The notes under the pieces: model-generated
Database searches by the model: none
Told to the model about the DNA's origin: nothing
Seen by the model: the letters and a program-made list of their open reading frames with translations, nothing else
In this document: positions 36,538 through 46,533 of the stretch, piece by piece
Layout of the letters: each line of letters begins with the position of its first letter
How positions within the stretch are numbered: position 1 is the stretch's first letter
Source of the DNA: Solirubrobacterales bacterium
GTDB taxonomy: Bacteria; Actinomycetota; Thermoleophilia; Solirubrobacterales; 70-9
Length of the DNA stretch: 64,000 bases
Assembly (NCBI GenBank): GCA_036505735.1
Contig: DASXSZ010000203.1
Span: 1,658 to 65,657 of the forward strand
Direction of reading: 5' to 3'
Made by a program: the position numbers and the translations under genes

Positions 36538-37413
36538 ATGACTGAGGCCCCAGGCCGCGGCGACGCGGCGCAGGCGTCCCGGGCCGCGGGTCCGAGCGAC
36601 CAGGAGTGGATCGCGGCCTGCCGCCGATCCGTCGAGGTGCAGCGCAGGATCTTCCACGAGCACCGCGGGATCGAGGAGCGCACCCGGTACGAGGGGATCG
36701 GCGAGGGCGGCGATCGCACGCTGGTTATCGACCGGCTCTGTGAGGACGCGATCTTCGCCGAGCTCCAGACGCTGCATGAGGCGGGCCACGAGTTCACCGC
36801 TGTGTCAGAGGAGCGCGGCGCCGTCAGCTTCGGCAACGACGAGTCGCCGCTGCGTGTCGTGATCGATCCGATCGACGGCTCGCTCAACGCACGGCGGACG
36901 ATTCCGCTGCACAGCGTCAGCATCGCGGTCGCCGACGGCGATTCGATGGACGACGTCACCTTCGGCTACGTCTACGAGTTCGGCGCCGGCGAGGAGTTCA
37001 TCGCCACGGCTGACGGCGAGGCCCTGATCGATGGGCGGCCGCTGCGGGTGTCCGCCGGTGACGGACTCGAGGTGATCGCGCTGGAGGCGACCAAGCCGGA
37101 GCGCGTGCTGAAGGCCGCCGAGCTGCTCCAGGGCCGCGCCTACCGGATACGTGTCCCGGGATCGATTGCGGTGGCGCTCTGCTACGTGGCGGCGGGCCGC
37201 TACGACGGCATGATCACCACCCGCAACTGCCGCTCCGTGGATGCCGCAGCGGGCCAGCTGATCGCGCGGCGCGCCGGCGCCGCCCTGGAGTTCGCGGGTG
37301 GTGGTCTCGAAGACGCGCCGCTGGATCTCACAGCCCGTTACGACGTGGCCGCGGCGCGCACCTCCGGCGACCTGAGGGTGCTGCGCGAGGCGCAGGACGC
37401 CGTCCATGCCTGA
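36538..37413 (+). CDS. inositol monophosphatase/fructose-1,6-bisphosphatase family protein
   Basis: SEERG, VVIDPIDGSLN and later GSIAVALCYVAAGRYDG motifs. ATG 36538 is preferred over the ORF-track start 36463. Confidence 0.8.
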   Translation: MTEAPGRGDAAQASRAAGPSDQEWIAACRRSVEVQRRIFHEHRGIEERTRYEGIGEGGDRTLVIDRLCEDAIFAELQTLHEAGHEFTAVSEERGAVSFGNDESPLRVVIDPIDGSLNARRTIPLHSVSIAVADGDSMDDVTFGYVYEFGAGEEFIATADGEALIDGRPLRVSAGDGLEVIALEATKPERVLKAAELLQGRAYRIRVPGSIAVALCYVAAGRYDGMITTRNCRSVDAAAGQLIARRAGAALEFAGGGLEDAPLDLTARYDVAAARTSGDLRVLREAQDAVHA

Positions 37414-38488
37414 GGGGGTCGTGGATTGGACCCTGGCCCAGCGCGTCGCCGGCGCGCTGGCGGGATCCGGGCCCGATTGGGACGGGAGCGAGGAGGAGCT
37501 GCGCTCCGAGTCGGAACGCGCGGCCGAGCTGGTCCGGCACTACACGCGTTTGAGGCCCAAGGGCCGGGTCCCGTCGGCCGAGCTGGTCGACCGAGCCGAA
37601 TGGGCCCGGGTCAACCTGGAGTCCTTCCGCGGCCTCTCCGCGCGGGTGGAGGAGCACCTCCAGGACCGGATGAACGGATCGGCCGGCAAGGGCGGCTTCC
37701 AGCGGACCATCGTGCGCGCCGCCGCCGGCGCGGAGGTCGGGCTCGCGGTCGGCTATCTCTCGCAGCGGGTGATCGGGCAGTACGACGTCGCGCTGATCGG
37801 CCCCACTCGTGCCCCAAGACTGTTGTTCGTCGGCCCGAACCTCTCGGCCGCCCGCGCGCGACTCGACGTTGACCGCGAGCTCTTCCTGCGCTGGATCGCG
37901 CTCCACGAGACGACCCACGCCGTGCACTTCGCCTCGGTCCCCTGGCTGCGCGAGCACATCGGAGGGATCGCCGAGGAGCTCTTCGAGAAGGCCGCGCTCG
38001 ACGTGAAGCCCGGGGAGCTGCTCGGCAAGCTCGCCCGGCTCAACCCCAAGGAGCTGGTCCGCTCGGTGGCCAGCGGCGAGCTCGCCATGCTGCTCTGGCC
38101 CGAGCCGCAGCGCCGGCTGGTAGAGAAGTTGACGGCCACGATGACGCTGGTGGAGGGATACGCGGAGCACGTGATGGACGCGGTCGGGGACGGCCTCGAT
38201 CCCGGATACACGGACCTCCGTCGGGCACTCGACCGTGATCGCGAGCGTCGCGGCCTCCTCGACTCGATCGTCTCGAAGGTGCTCGGGCTGGAGATGAAGC
38301 TGGCGCAGTACCGCCGCGGCAAGGCGTTCGCCGACGAGGTGGTTCGCTCCCACGGGATCAGGACGTTGAACCGCGCCTGGCGAGGGCCAGAGGAGCTCCC
38401 TCGCCCGGAGGAGCTCGACAGCCCCTCGGACTGGGTCGATCGCGTCGGCGCAGCGCACGAAGGGCGCCTCTTCTCGCTCTTTCGCTAG
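37406..38488 (+). CDS. DUF2342 family zinc-dependent metalloprotease-like protein
   Basis: 360 aa with an HExxH motif in ALHETTHAVHF. Overall resemblance to the actinobacterial DUF2342 / putative hydrolase family. Overlaps the upstream gene by 8 nt. Confidence 0.8.
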   Translation: MPEGVVDWTLAQRVAGALAGSGPDWDGSEEELRSESERAAELVRHYTRLRPKGRVPSAELVDRAEWARVNLESFRGLSARVEEHLQDRMNGSAGKGGFQRTIVRAAAGAEVGLAVGYLSQRVIGQYDVALIGPTRAPRLLFVGPNLSAARARLDVDRELFLRWIALHETTHAVHFASVPWLREHIGGIAEELFEKAALDVKPGELLGKLARLNPKELVRSVASGELAMLLWPEPQRRLVEKLTATMTLVEGYAEHVMDAVGDGLDPGYTDLRRALDRDRERRGLLDSIVSKVLGLEMKLAQYRRGKAFADEVVRSHGIRTLNRAWRGPEELPRPEELDSPSDWVDRVGAAHEGRLFSLFR

Positions 38489-38529
38489 ACCGGATACCTC
38501 CGTGTAACACCCTCGCGGCGGAGGGGTAA

Positions 38530-38556
38530 GAACATGTGTTCGGGAAACGTGTGTTC
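38530..38556 (+). promoter_or_regulatory. tandem GAAC-N4-GTTC (Cheo/SOS-box-like) sites
   Basis: GAACATGTGTTC at 38530-38541 matches both half-sites perfectly. AAACGTGTGTTC at 38545-38556 has one mismatch. An inverted half-site CCGAACAT lies at 38569-38576. All sit in the AT-richer spacer about 70-100 nt upstream of ATG 38627. Confidence 0.35.
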
Positions 38557-38626
38557 GGTGCTAAGCTCCGAACATCCTTAGAGCTAATAAGACGAGAAAG
38601 CGACGCTGAAGGGATCGACAGCCCAG

Positions 38627-39085
38627 ATGGCCCCAAAGACCGAAGAGAAGACCGAAGTCACCAGCAACAGCCGCAAGCCTTCAGAGCAGGCGCTGCAGGC
38701 CGTGGATGTCGCCGTCGGAGCCGTTCCGACGGTCGCCGAGGCGGTCCGCAATACAGCGGACACCTGGCGGAAGTCCGAGACTCGCTCCCAGGAGATCGAG
38801 ACACTGCAGAAGCGGGTCCAGACTCTGCGTGACGCGGAGGGCAGGACGAGCGAGATCGAGGCGCTGCGCAAGCGACTGGGCTCAGAGCTCGAGAAGGCCG
38901 AGGCGAAGGGCGGGGACGTCCGCCGTCAGGTCACCGACCAGCTCATCGGCCAGGCTCGCAAGGCGCGCGAGCGCGTCGAGCCCGTGTACCGCGAGCGGGT
39001 CGAGCCCGTCGTCAAGGAGCGGGTCGAGCCGGTCTACCGCGAGCGCGTCGAGCCGGCCGTGAAGAAGGTGCGCGAGCGCATCTGA
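38627..39085 (+). CDS. charged coiled-coil protein with C-terminal ERVEPxxK/R octad repeats (HbhA/apolipoprotein-like by composition)
   Basis: 152 aa with no TM segment. Heptad-like charged helices (EIETLQKRVQTLRDAEGRTSEIEALRKRLGSELEKAE) are followed by 4 tandem 8-aa repeats. A strong terminator lies downstream. Confidence 0.65.
   Translation: MAPKTEEKTEVTSNSRKPSEQALQAVDVAVGAVPTVAEAVRNTADTWRKSETRSQEIETLQKRVQTLRDAEGRTSEIEALRKRLGSELEKAEAKGGDVRRQVTDQLIGQARKARERVEPVYRERVEPVVKERVEPVYRERVEPAVKKVRERI
38969..39064 (+). repeat. 4 x 24-bp in-frame tandem repeat
   Basis: The units gagcgcgtcgagcccgtgtaccgc / gagcgggtcgagcccgtcgtcaag / gagcgggtcgagccggtctaccgc / gagcgcgtcgagccggccgtgaag encode ERVEPVYR, ERVEPVVK, ERVEPVYR and ERVEPAVK. 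Confidence 0.9.
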
Positions 39086-39171
39086 CCCTTAGCCCGGGCC
39101 GCCCGGAGAGGTGGCGCGCCCGGAGAAGCCCCTCACCATGTGAGTGGGAAGCAGCAACCTCTCCTCCCTCG

Positions 39172-39198
39172 AAAACCGGGCCCTCGTGGCCCGGTTTT
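39172..39198 (+). terminator. intrinsic terminator hairpin
   Basis: AAAACCGGGCC-ctcgt-GGCCCGGTTTT: an 11-bp perfect stem and 5-nt loop running into a T tract, 87 nt after the stop of the repeat-protein gene. Confidence 0.6.
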
Positions 39199-39254
39199 CA
39201 CGTGTGCGATCGGCCGCCGCCGGGCAACCTCGGTTGGTCCCTAGACTTCCAGCC

Positions 39255-40403
39255 ATGCCCAGCAAGGAACAGGTAACCGAGAAGCTGACCAAGGTCATTG
39301 ACCCGGAGCTGCGACGTTCGATCGTCGACCTCGGGATGGTCCGGTCGATCGAGATCCGCGACGACGGCCGCGTCGAGGTCGTCGTCTCGCTGACCACACC
39401 CGGCTGCCCGATCCGGTCGCACTTCCAGCAGGCCGTGGTCAAGCAGGTTTCCGAGCTCGAGGGCGTCAATGCCGTCGATGTCGGCTTCGACGTCCTCTCC
39501 GACGGCGAGAAGTCGGATCTGCAGCAGAAGCTCGGCCGCCCGAAGCTCCCCGAGGGCGCCCTGGCGCAGGTGAAGAACGTGATCTGCGTCGCCTCCGGCA
39601 AGGGAGGCGTCGGCAAGTCCACGATGACTGCCAACCTCGCCGCCGCCCTCCATGCCGAGGGCTACAAGGCCGGAGCGCTCGACTGCGACGTCTACGGCTA
39701 CTCGATCCCGCGCATGCTGGGGATCAACCGAAAGCCCGACGTCTCGCCGGAGCGCAAAATCATCCCGCCCGTCTCGCCGGCCGGCCCGACCGTGATGTCG
39801 ATCGGCTTCTTCGTCGAGGAGAACGCCGCCGTCGTCTGGCGCGGGCCGATGCTCCACAAGGCGATCCAGCAGTTCCTCGAGGACGTCGCCTGGGACGAGC
39901 TCGACTACCTCCTCCTCGACCTGCCCCCTGGCACCGGCGACGTGTCGATGACGCTCGCGCAGCTGCTCCCCCAGGCGAAGATCGTGGTCGTCACCACCCC
40001 TCAGCCCGCGGCGCAGACCGTCGCCCACCGCGCCGCCGAGATGGCCGCCAAGGTCGACCTCGAGGTCCTCGGCGTGATCGAGAACATGTCCGCCTTCACA
40101 GGCCCGGACGGCGAGCGGGTGGCGATCTTCGGCGAGGGCGGCGGCCAGCTGCTCGCCGACGAGCTGGATGTGCCGCTGCTCGCGAAGGTGCCGCTCTCCG
40201 GCGAGCTCCGTGAGCACGCCGACGAGGGGAAGCCCCTCGTCGTCGAGGAACCCGACGCTCCCGCCTCGCAGATGATCCGCGAGGCGGCCCGCGGCATCGT
40301 CGCCTCCACCCCGATGGAGCTGCCAGTGATGCAGGCGGTACCCGCCGCCGCGCAGCCCGGTAACGGCGGGGTGAGCGGCACCGAGCTGCCGATGGTGCAG
40401 TAG
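39255..40403 (+). CDS. Mrp/NBP35/ApbC family Fe-S cluster carrier ATPase with N-terminal DUF59 domain
   Basis: DUF59 region (IDPELRRSIVDLGMV...TTPGCP) followed by the deviant Walker A VASGKGGVGKST. ATG 39255 is preferred over the ORF-track start 39144. Confidence 0.9.
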   Translation: MPSKEQVTEKLTKVIDPELRRSIVDLGMVRSIEIRDDGRVEVVVSLTTPGCPIRSHFQQAVVKQVSELEGVNAVDVGFDVLSDGEKSDLQQKLGRPKLPEGALAQVKNVICVASGKGGVGKSTMTANLAAALHAEGYKAGALDCDVYGYSIPRMLGINRKPDVSPERKIIPPVSPAGPTVMSIGFFVEENAAVVWRGPMLHKAIQQFLEDVAWDELDYLLLDLPPGTGDVSMTLAQLLPQAKIVVVTTPQPAAQTVAHRAAEMAAKVDLEVLGVIENMSAFTGPDGERVAIFGEGGGQLLADELDVPLLAKVPLSGELREHADEGKPLVVEEPDAPASQMIREAARGIVASTPMELPVMQAVPAAAQPGNGGVSGTELPMVQ

Positions 40404-40405
40404 TA

Positions 40406-41701
40406 GTGCCGACCCGCTGGCGGGCGACCGCCGCGGTCCTCGTCTGCGCCATCCACATAGCCGCCTTCGTTCCGACGATCGGGGACTGGTCGTCCATCCT
40501 CATCAACGACTTCGCGCCTCAGGCGCGGGCGATCAAGGCCGGTGATCTCCCTTACCGGGACCAGGACATCGAGTACCCGCCTCTCTCGGTCCCGGTGCTG
40601 ATCGCCCCGATCTACGTCGACGACTCCACCCAGGGGTTCGTCGACGGCTTCATGTGGGAGATGCTCGCCTTCGACCTGGCGATCATCGTCCTGATCGCGC
40701 TGGCGCTGCCGGGCGACACCAGGCGGGTGCTCTCCGCCCTCGGGATCTACACGGTCGGCCTCCTGATCCTCTCGGATGTGGTGCTCGATCCCTCCCTGAT
40801 CGACACCGGTCCGCTCGCGCTGGACCGTTTCGATCTGGTGCCGACCCTGTTCGTGCTGGCGGCGGTGCTGGCGCGCGACCGGGGACGCTCCGCGACCTGG
40901 TCCGGATTGCTCTCAGTGGGCGTCGCTATCAAGGCCTTCCCGCTGTTCCTCTACCCGGCGCTGTTGCGGCGGGAGATAAGCCTCCGGAGGGTGGCCGTGG
41001 CGGGAGCGATCCCGCTGCTGCTCTGCGCCGCCGCCGTGATCGTGACGGGCGACGAGTTCGGCTCAGCGATCAGCTACCACACCCAGCGCGCGCTCCAGGT
41101 GGAGAGCCTCGCGGCCAGTCCCTTTGAGATCGCGCACGTGCTCGGCGCCTCTGGCATCACGACCGGTGTCGGGCACGGCGGCTTCGAGATCTCGGCATCG
41201 GGCGCGACGGCGGCCCGCTGGATCTCGGTCGTCATCGGTGCCGCCCTATACCTGGCGATCGTGGGCGCGGGCTGGCGCTCGAAGACATCCAATCTCCAGT
41301 TGGTCACCGCCCTGCTGACGGTGATGGTGGTCTTCGCTCCGGTGCTCTCGCCGCAGTTCCTGCTCTGGATCCTGCCGGTCTCCGCCTGCGCGTACGGCCT
41401 GAGCAGGGAGAACCTCGTTCTGCTCGTGGCCATCCTCTTCACCCAGATCGAGCTTCAGAACTACGACGGCGTGGATGCGCTCAGCGGCGCGTTCGTCTGG
41501 CCCCTGGCGGCGAGGAACGTCTATCTACTGGTCTATCTGGCGCTGGTCGCGACCCCGATCCTGCGCCCGAGGACCGCGGACCGGGCGCCGAGCGCCGGGA
41601 CCGCTTCACCTGACTCCTCCGCGGATCCGTCCGAGTTCAGCGATTCGCCGCATCGCTTCCGAGCGACTAGCCCGGCCGAATTTCAGCCCTGCGACTTGTA
41701 G
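40406..41701 (+). CDS. polytopic membrane protein, DUF2029/GT87-like glycosyltransferase candidate
   Basis: 431 aa with a GTG start 3 nt after the mrp stop. The N-terminal loop GDLPYRDQDIEYPPLSV resembles the DUF2029 signature. About 10 TM helices. Confidence 0.6.
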   Translation: MPTRWRATAAVLVCAIHIAAFVPTIGDWSSILINDFAPQARAIKAGDLPYRDQDIEYPPLSVPVLIAPIYVDDSTQGFVDGFMWEMLAFDLAIIVLIALALPGDTRRVLSALGIYTVGLLILSDVVLDPSLIDTGPLALDRFDLVPTLFVLAAVLARDRGRSATWSGLLSVGVAIKAFPLFLYPALLRREISLRRVAVAGAIPLLLCAAAVIVTGDEFGSAISYHTQRALQVESLAASPFEIAHVLGASGITTGVGHGGFEISASGATAARWISVVIGAALYLAIVGAGWRSKTSNLQLVTALLTVMVVFAPVLSPQFLLWILPVSACAYGLSRENLVLLVAILFTQIELQNYDGVDALSGAFVWPLAARNVYLLVYLALVATPILRPRTADRAPSAGTASPDSSADPSEFSDSPHRFRATSPAEFQPCDL

Positions 41702-41949
41702 TACTCGAGGTTGATCTGGGTGTACTTGGACCACTCCTCGGGGAGCTGGTCCTCGGCGAAGCAGGCGTCGACGGGGCAGGCCTCGACGCAGGCGTCGCAG
41801 TCGATGCATTCGTCCGGATCGATGAAGAGCTGCTGGACGTTGTCGTAGTCGGGCTCGTCCGGAGTCGGATGGATGCAGTCGACAGGGCAGACCTCTACGC
41901 AGGAGTTGTCCTTCTCGCCGATACAGGGCTCCGCGATGACGTATGCCAA
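41683..41949 (-). CDS. fdxA: ferredoxin (7Fe, FdxA-type)
   Basis: MAYVIAEPCIGEKDNSCVEVCPVDCIHP...IDPDECIDCDACVEACPVDA gives the classic 3Fe-4S plus 4Fe-4S cysteine spacing. Confidence 0.9.
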   Translation of the reverse strand: MAYVIAEPCIGEKDNSCVEVCPVDCIHPTPDEPDYDNVQQLFIDPDECIDCDACVEACPVDACFAEDQLPEEWSKYTQINLEYYKSQG

Positions 41950-42073
41950 GGCGCCAATTCCTTTCCCAGGTCGTGGGTGCGATCGCGGCGCCCATCGGGG
42001 CGCCGCTGGATGCCCAATTCTAGGCGAGGCGGCACCTCGGCGGGCGCCTGGGCGGGCTGGCTACAGTGGCGGC

Positions 42074-42970
42074 GTGATCCTGCTCACGGGAGCCACTGGG
42101 GTCGTCGGGGGAGAGCTTTTGCCCGCGCTGCTCGCGGGCGGCCAGGAGGTCCGCGTCCTGGTCCGCGATCCGAGAAAGCTCGGCGAGCACCGGGTGAACG
42201 TGCAGATCACGCTCGGGGACCTGCGTGACCCGCTCTCGATCCGGCACGCGATGCGGGGCGTCGACACCGTCGTACACCTCGCCGCCACCATCCGCGACCA
42301 GCCGGGCGGCACGATCGAGGAGCTCAACGGGCTGGGGACGATTCGGCTGCTCCGGCTCGCGGAGCGCGCGGGGGCGGAGCGCTTCGTCTTCTTCTCCGCC
42401 ATGGGGGCGACCGCGTTTCAGCGCACCCGGTTCTTCCGCTCGAAGGCCCTGGCCGAGCGGGCGGTCCACGAGTCTCCGCTGGAGACGACGGTCTTCGCCC
42501 CTTCGATCGTCTACCGGCCCGGCGATCCCTGGATCACCCTGCTGCAGCGCTTCTCGCTTCTGCCGGTCGTCCCGGTCTCGGGGACCGGGCGGTCGCTCTA
42601 CCAGCCGATCTGGGCCCGGGACGTCGCGCGCTGCGTCGACGCCTCAATCAACGGGTCCGCGCGTGCGGGCGGCGACGATTCGCACGCTCGCTTCGAGCTG
42701 GCCGGCCCCGATGTCCTCTCCTACGACGAGATGGTCGAGCTCGTGCTCGAGGCGGCCGGCCGCGAGCGACCCCTGGTGCACGTGCCGCTGCCGGTGGTGC
42801 GCGCCGGGTTGCGCGCGCTCGAGCTGGTCGCGGGGGCCTCGGTCTTCGCCACCTGGGAGGAGGCGGAGCTGATGGAGGTGCCGATGACCAGCGAGCGTGG
42901 CACCGCGGACGTGGAGCGCCTCGGCGTCGAGCCGCGGCCGATGGCGGCCGTCCTGGGGACCCAGGGATAG
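42074..42970 (+). CDS. NAD(P)H-binding SDR-type protein (NmrA/NDUFA9-like)
   Basis: GTG 42074 gives VILLTGATGVVGGELLPALLAGGQEVRVLVRDP, a Rossmann GxxGxxG motif. The upstream part of the ORF-track entry is antisense to the ferredoxin gene. Confidence 0.75.
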   Translation: MILLTGATGVVGGELLPALLAGGQEVRVLVRDPRKLGEHRVNVQITLGDLRDPLSIRHAMRGVDTVVHLAATIRDQPGGTIEELNGLGTIRLLRLAERAGAERFVFFSAMGATAFQRTRFFRSKALAERAVHESPLETTVFAPSIVYRPGDPWITLLQRFSLLPVVPVSGTGRSLYQPIWARDVARCVDASINGSARAGGDDSHARFELAGPDVLSYDEMVELVLEAAGRERPLVHVPLPVVRAGLRALELVAGASVFATWEEAELMEVPMTSERGTADVERLGVEPRPMAAVLGTQG

Positions 42971-42977
42971 CCGCTCC

Positions 42978-43355
42978 CTAAGGGGCGCCCAGCGCGGCGC
43001 GGAGGGCGTCGACGTCCTCCGCCCCGAAGACGACGCGATTTCGTGTGGCGACATAGACGAGATCGAGGTTGACCCCGGCTCGGGCGATCTTGCGAGTCAG
43101 GTCCGCCAGGACGCCGGGGCGATCCTCGACATCGACGACGACGACCTCGCGCTCGCCGGTGACCGCAACATGAGAGATCGCCAGCGAATGCTTCGCGGCC
43201 TCGGCATGCGGCACGAGGATGTGGAGCTCGGCCCGCTCGCCCGGCCCGACGCATGTGGCGGCGGCGATGTTCACGCCCGCATCGCTGATCGCGGCCGCTA
43301 CGCGCGCCAGCGCGCCGGGGGTGTTCTCGATGTCGATGACCAGGTCGACGGCCAT
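42978..43355 (-). CDS. tandem ACT domain protein
   Basis: 125 aa from ATG 43355. Two ACT-like units (IDIENTPGALARVAAAISDAGVNI and VDVEDRPGVLADLTRKIARAGVNL). Confidence 0.7.
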   Translation of the reverse strand: MAVDLVIDIENTPGALARVAAAISDAGVNIAAATCVGPGERAELHILVPHAEAAKHSLAISHVAVTGEREVVVVDVEDRPGVLADLTRKIARAGVNLDLVYVATRNRVVFGAEDVDALRAALGAP

Positions 43356-43456
43356 ATTTCCCGGAAGCCTCAGCCTACTTTGTGCGAAGTCGCCCGATTG
43401 CGAGCGGGGCCGCCCCACCGACGGGCTCCGCGAGTCCTCCGATTCAGGAAAGCGAA

Positions 43457-43476
43457 GGGCCCGGTCGCCCGGGCCC
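43457..43476 (-). terminator. GC-rich hairpin downstream of groEL
   Basis: GGGCCCGG-tcgc-CCGGGCCC. On the minus strand it is followed by TTCGCTTTCC. It lies 37 nt after the groEL stop. Confidence 0.4.
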
Positions 43477-43512
43477 TCCAAAAACACTCGCCTGTTGAGA
43501 GCGAGATTACCG

Positions 43513-45165
<1,653 letters not shown>

Positions 45166-45179
45166 CTAAGTTGTCTTGG

Positions 45180-45473
45180 CTAGCTGACCTTCGCGAGTAC
45201 GTCCGACTCGCGTAGGACGAGCAGTTCGTCGCCGTCGACGGTGATCTCGGTGCCGCCGTACTTGGAGTAGAGGACCTCGTCGCCCTCGCTCACGTCGAGC
45301 GGGCGGCGACTGCCGTCCTCGTTGATCGCTCCGTCACCGACAGCGAGCACCTTGCCCTTCTGCGGCTTCTCCTTGGCCGTGTCGGGGAGGACGATCCCGC
45401 TTGCGGTCGTCTCCTCCTCCTCGACCGCCTGCACGATCAGGCGATCGCCTAGCGGCTTCAGCTTCATCGGCAT
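45180..45473 (-). CDS. groES: co-chaperonin GroES
   Basis: 97 aa. [43 protein letters not shown]. Confidence 0.97.
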   Translation of the reverse strand: MPMKLKPLGDRLIVQAVEEEETTASGIVLPDTAKEKPQKGKVLAVGDGAINEDGSRRPLDVSEGDEVLYSKYGGTEITVDGDELLVLRESDVLAKVS

Positions 45474-45518
45474 TCCTCCTGGGTCTCGATGGGGGGTTTC
45501 GTAAGTTCGTGTCTCGAT

Positions 45519-45545
45519 TTGGCACTGTCGATGGGAGAGTGCCAG
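45519..45545 (-). promoter_or_regulatory. CIRCE-like inverted repeat (HrcA operator candidate)
   Basis: The minus strand reads CTGGCACTC-N9-CAGTGCCAA. It matches the CIRCE consensus TTAGCACTC-N9-GAGTGCTAA at 14 of 18 arm positions with the exact 9-nt spacer. It lies 46-72 nt upstream of the groES start. Confidence 0.65.
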
Positions 45546-45582
45546 ACGCTGGGTGATTGTAGCCAGAGGCGGGCTTCGGCCT

Positions 45583-46056
45583 CTAGTCGATCGCCAGGAG
45601 AGGGGCGCCGAGCAGACCGGCGAGCCCCTTGGCGCCGTTGCGCATCACATAGTCGTGATTGACGGCGAAGATCGGCCGGGCGAGCGGAGCCAGGAGGTTC
45701 ATCCACGTCCTCGTGGTCCGGACGTTCCACTCATAGAGCACCGCGGTGATGCCGCCCTGCTCGAACAGGCGCCAGCGCCCAACGCCGGCGAGCTCTCCGC
45801 TCGCGTCGCCCTCCAGCAGATGGGGGCGCTCGACCTTCGTGGTCCGGACGAAGAACTCGAGCCTGTAGGGGAGCTTCGACTTCCAGACGTAGCGGCCGTA
45901 TTGCCCCACGCCGGACCCATCTCCCTCCTTCAATTTCTCGGCTTCGACGACGCCCCGCCACCACTGCGGCCACTGCTCGGACTCGTAGATCGCGTCCCAG
46001 ATCGGCTCTCGGGGCGCCTGCAGCAGCCAAGTTGTCAGGAACCGGTATTCAGCCAT
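45583..46056 (-). CDS. SRPBCC (START/polyketide cyclase-like) family protein
   Basis: 157 aa. [33 protein letters not shown] is typical of the SRPBCC ligand-binding fold. Confidence 0.75.
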   Translation of the reverse strand: MAEYRFLTTWLLQAPREPIWDAIYESEQWPQWWRGVVEAEKLKEGDGSGVGQYGRYVWKSKLPYRLEFFVRTTKVERPHLLEGDASGELAGVGRWRLFEQGGITAVLYEWNVRTTRTWMNLLAPLARPIFAVNHDYVMRNGAKGLAGLLGAPLLAID

Positions 46057-46072
46057 TCACGCTCGGCGCGCG

Positions 46073-46477
46073 TCAGTTGCGCGACGGTGGCTCGCCGTTG
46101 CCGAACTGCGTACTCGGCCTTTCGACGATCTGCGAGAAGCGGATCACGGTGACCGTGTCCTCGTCCGAGATCGGGCGCGTGTAGATCGTCTCGAGAAAGT
46201 CGACCGTCTCCTCGCGCCGCCGGAACTCGGGGTTGTCGTGCTCGATGTCCCGCGGGGAGAGCTCCTGGACCTTCTTGACCTCCACGTCGTCGACCACCGC
46301 GGCGAAGATCTTCTCGCGCGGCTGGTGGCGGTAGCCGACCGTGATCCAGACCACCTGCCCGCGCTTGTACTTGCGCGACTTGTCGCCCAGACGGATGGTC
46401 GCGGTCTTCCGGCCGCTGCGCAGCTGGTCGACGAAGATCGGGGAGTAGAAGTTGAGGACGTAGAGGGCTGAGTTCAC
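46073..46477 (-). CDS. ASCH (PUA-like) domain protein
   Basis: 134 aa with a GTG start. FVDQLRSGRKTATIRLG matches the ASCH N-terminal motif (G-K-T-x-T-x-R). Confidence 0.7.
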   Translation of the reverse strand: MNSALYVLNFYSPIFVDQLRSGRKTATIRLGDKSRKYKRGQVVWITVGYRHQPREKIFAAVVDDVEVKKVQELSPRDIEHDNPEFRRREETVDFLETIYTRPISDEDTVTVIRFSQIVERPSTQFGNGEPPSRN

Positions 46478-46491
46478 CGGGCGAGCCTACT

Positions 46492-46533
46492 TATTCGCGC
46501 CTATTCCGGTGGTATTCGCGCCTATTCCGGTGG
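46492..46533. repeat. perfect 21-bp tandem duplication (TATTCGCGCCTATTCCGGTGG x2)
   Basis: Copies at 46492-46512 and 46513-46533. The second copy contains the last three codons and the TAG stop of the pcm paralogue. Confidence 0.95.

Noticed and set aside
38969-39064. Tandem repeats (38969-39064, 46492-46533, 60203-60337) as a possible CRISPR or mobile-element signature.
   Set aside because: The first and third are in-frame coding repeats without spacers. The second is a simple two-copy duplication. There are no cas genes, no spacer-repeat architecture and no terminal inverted repeats.
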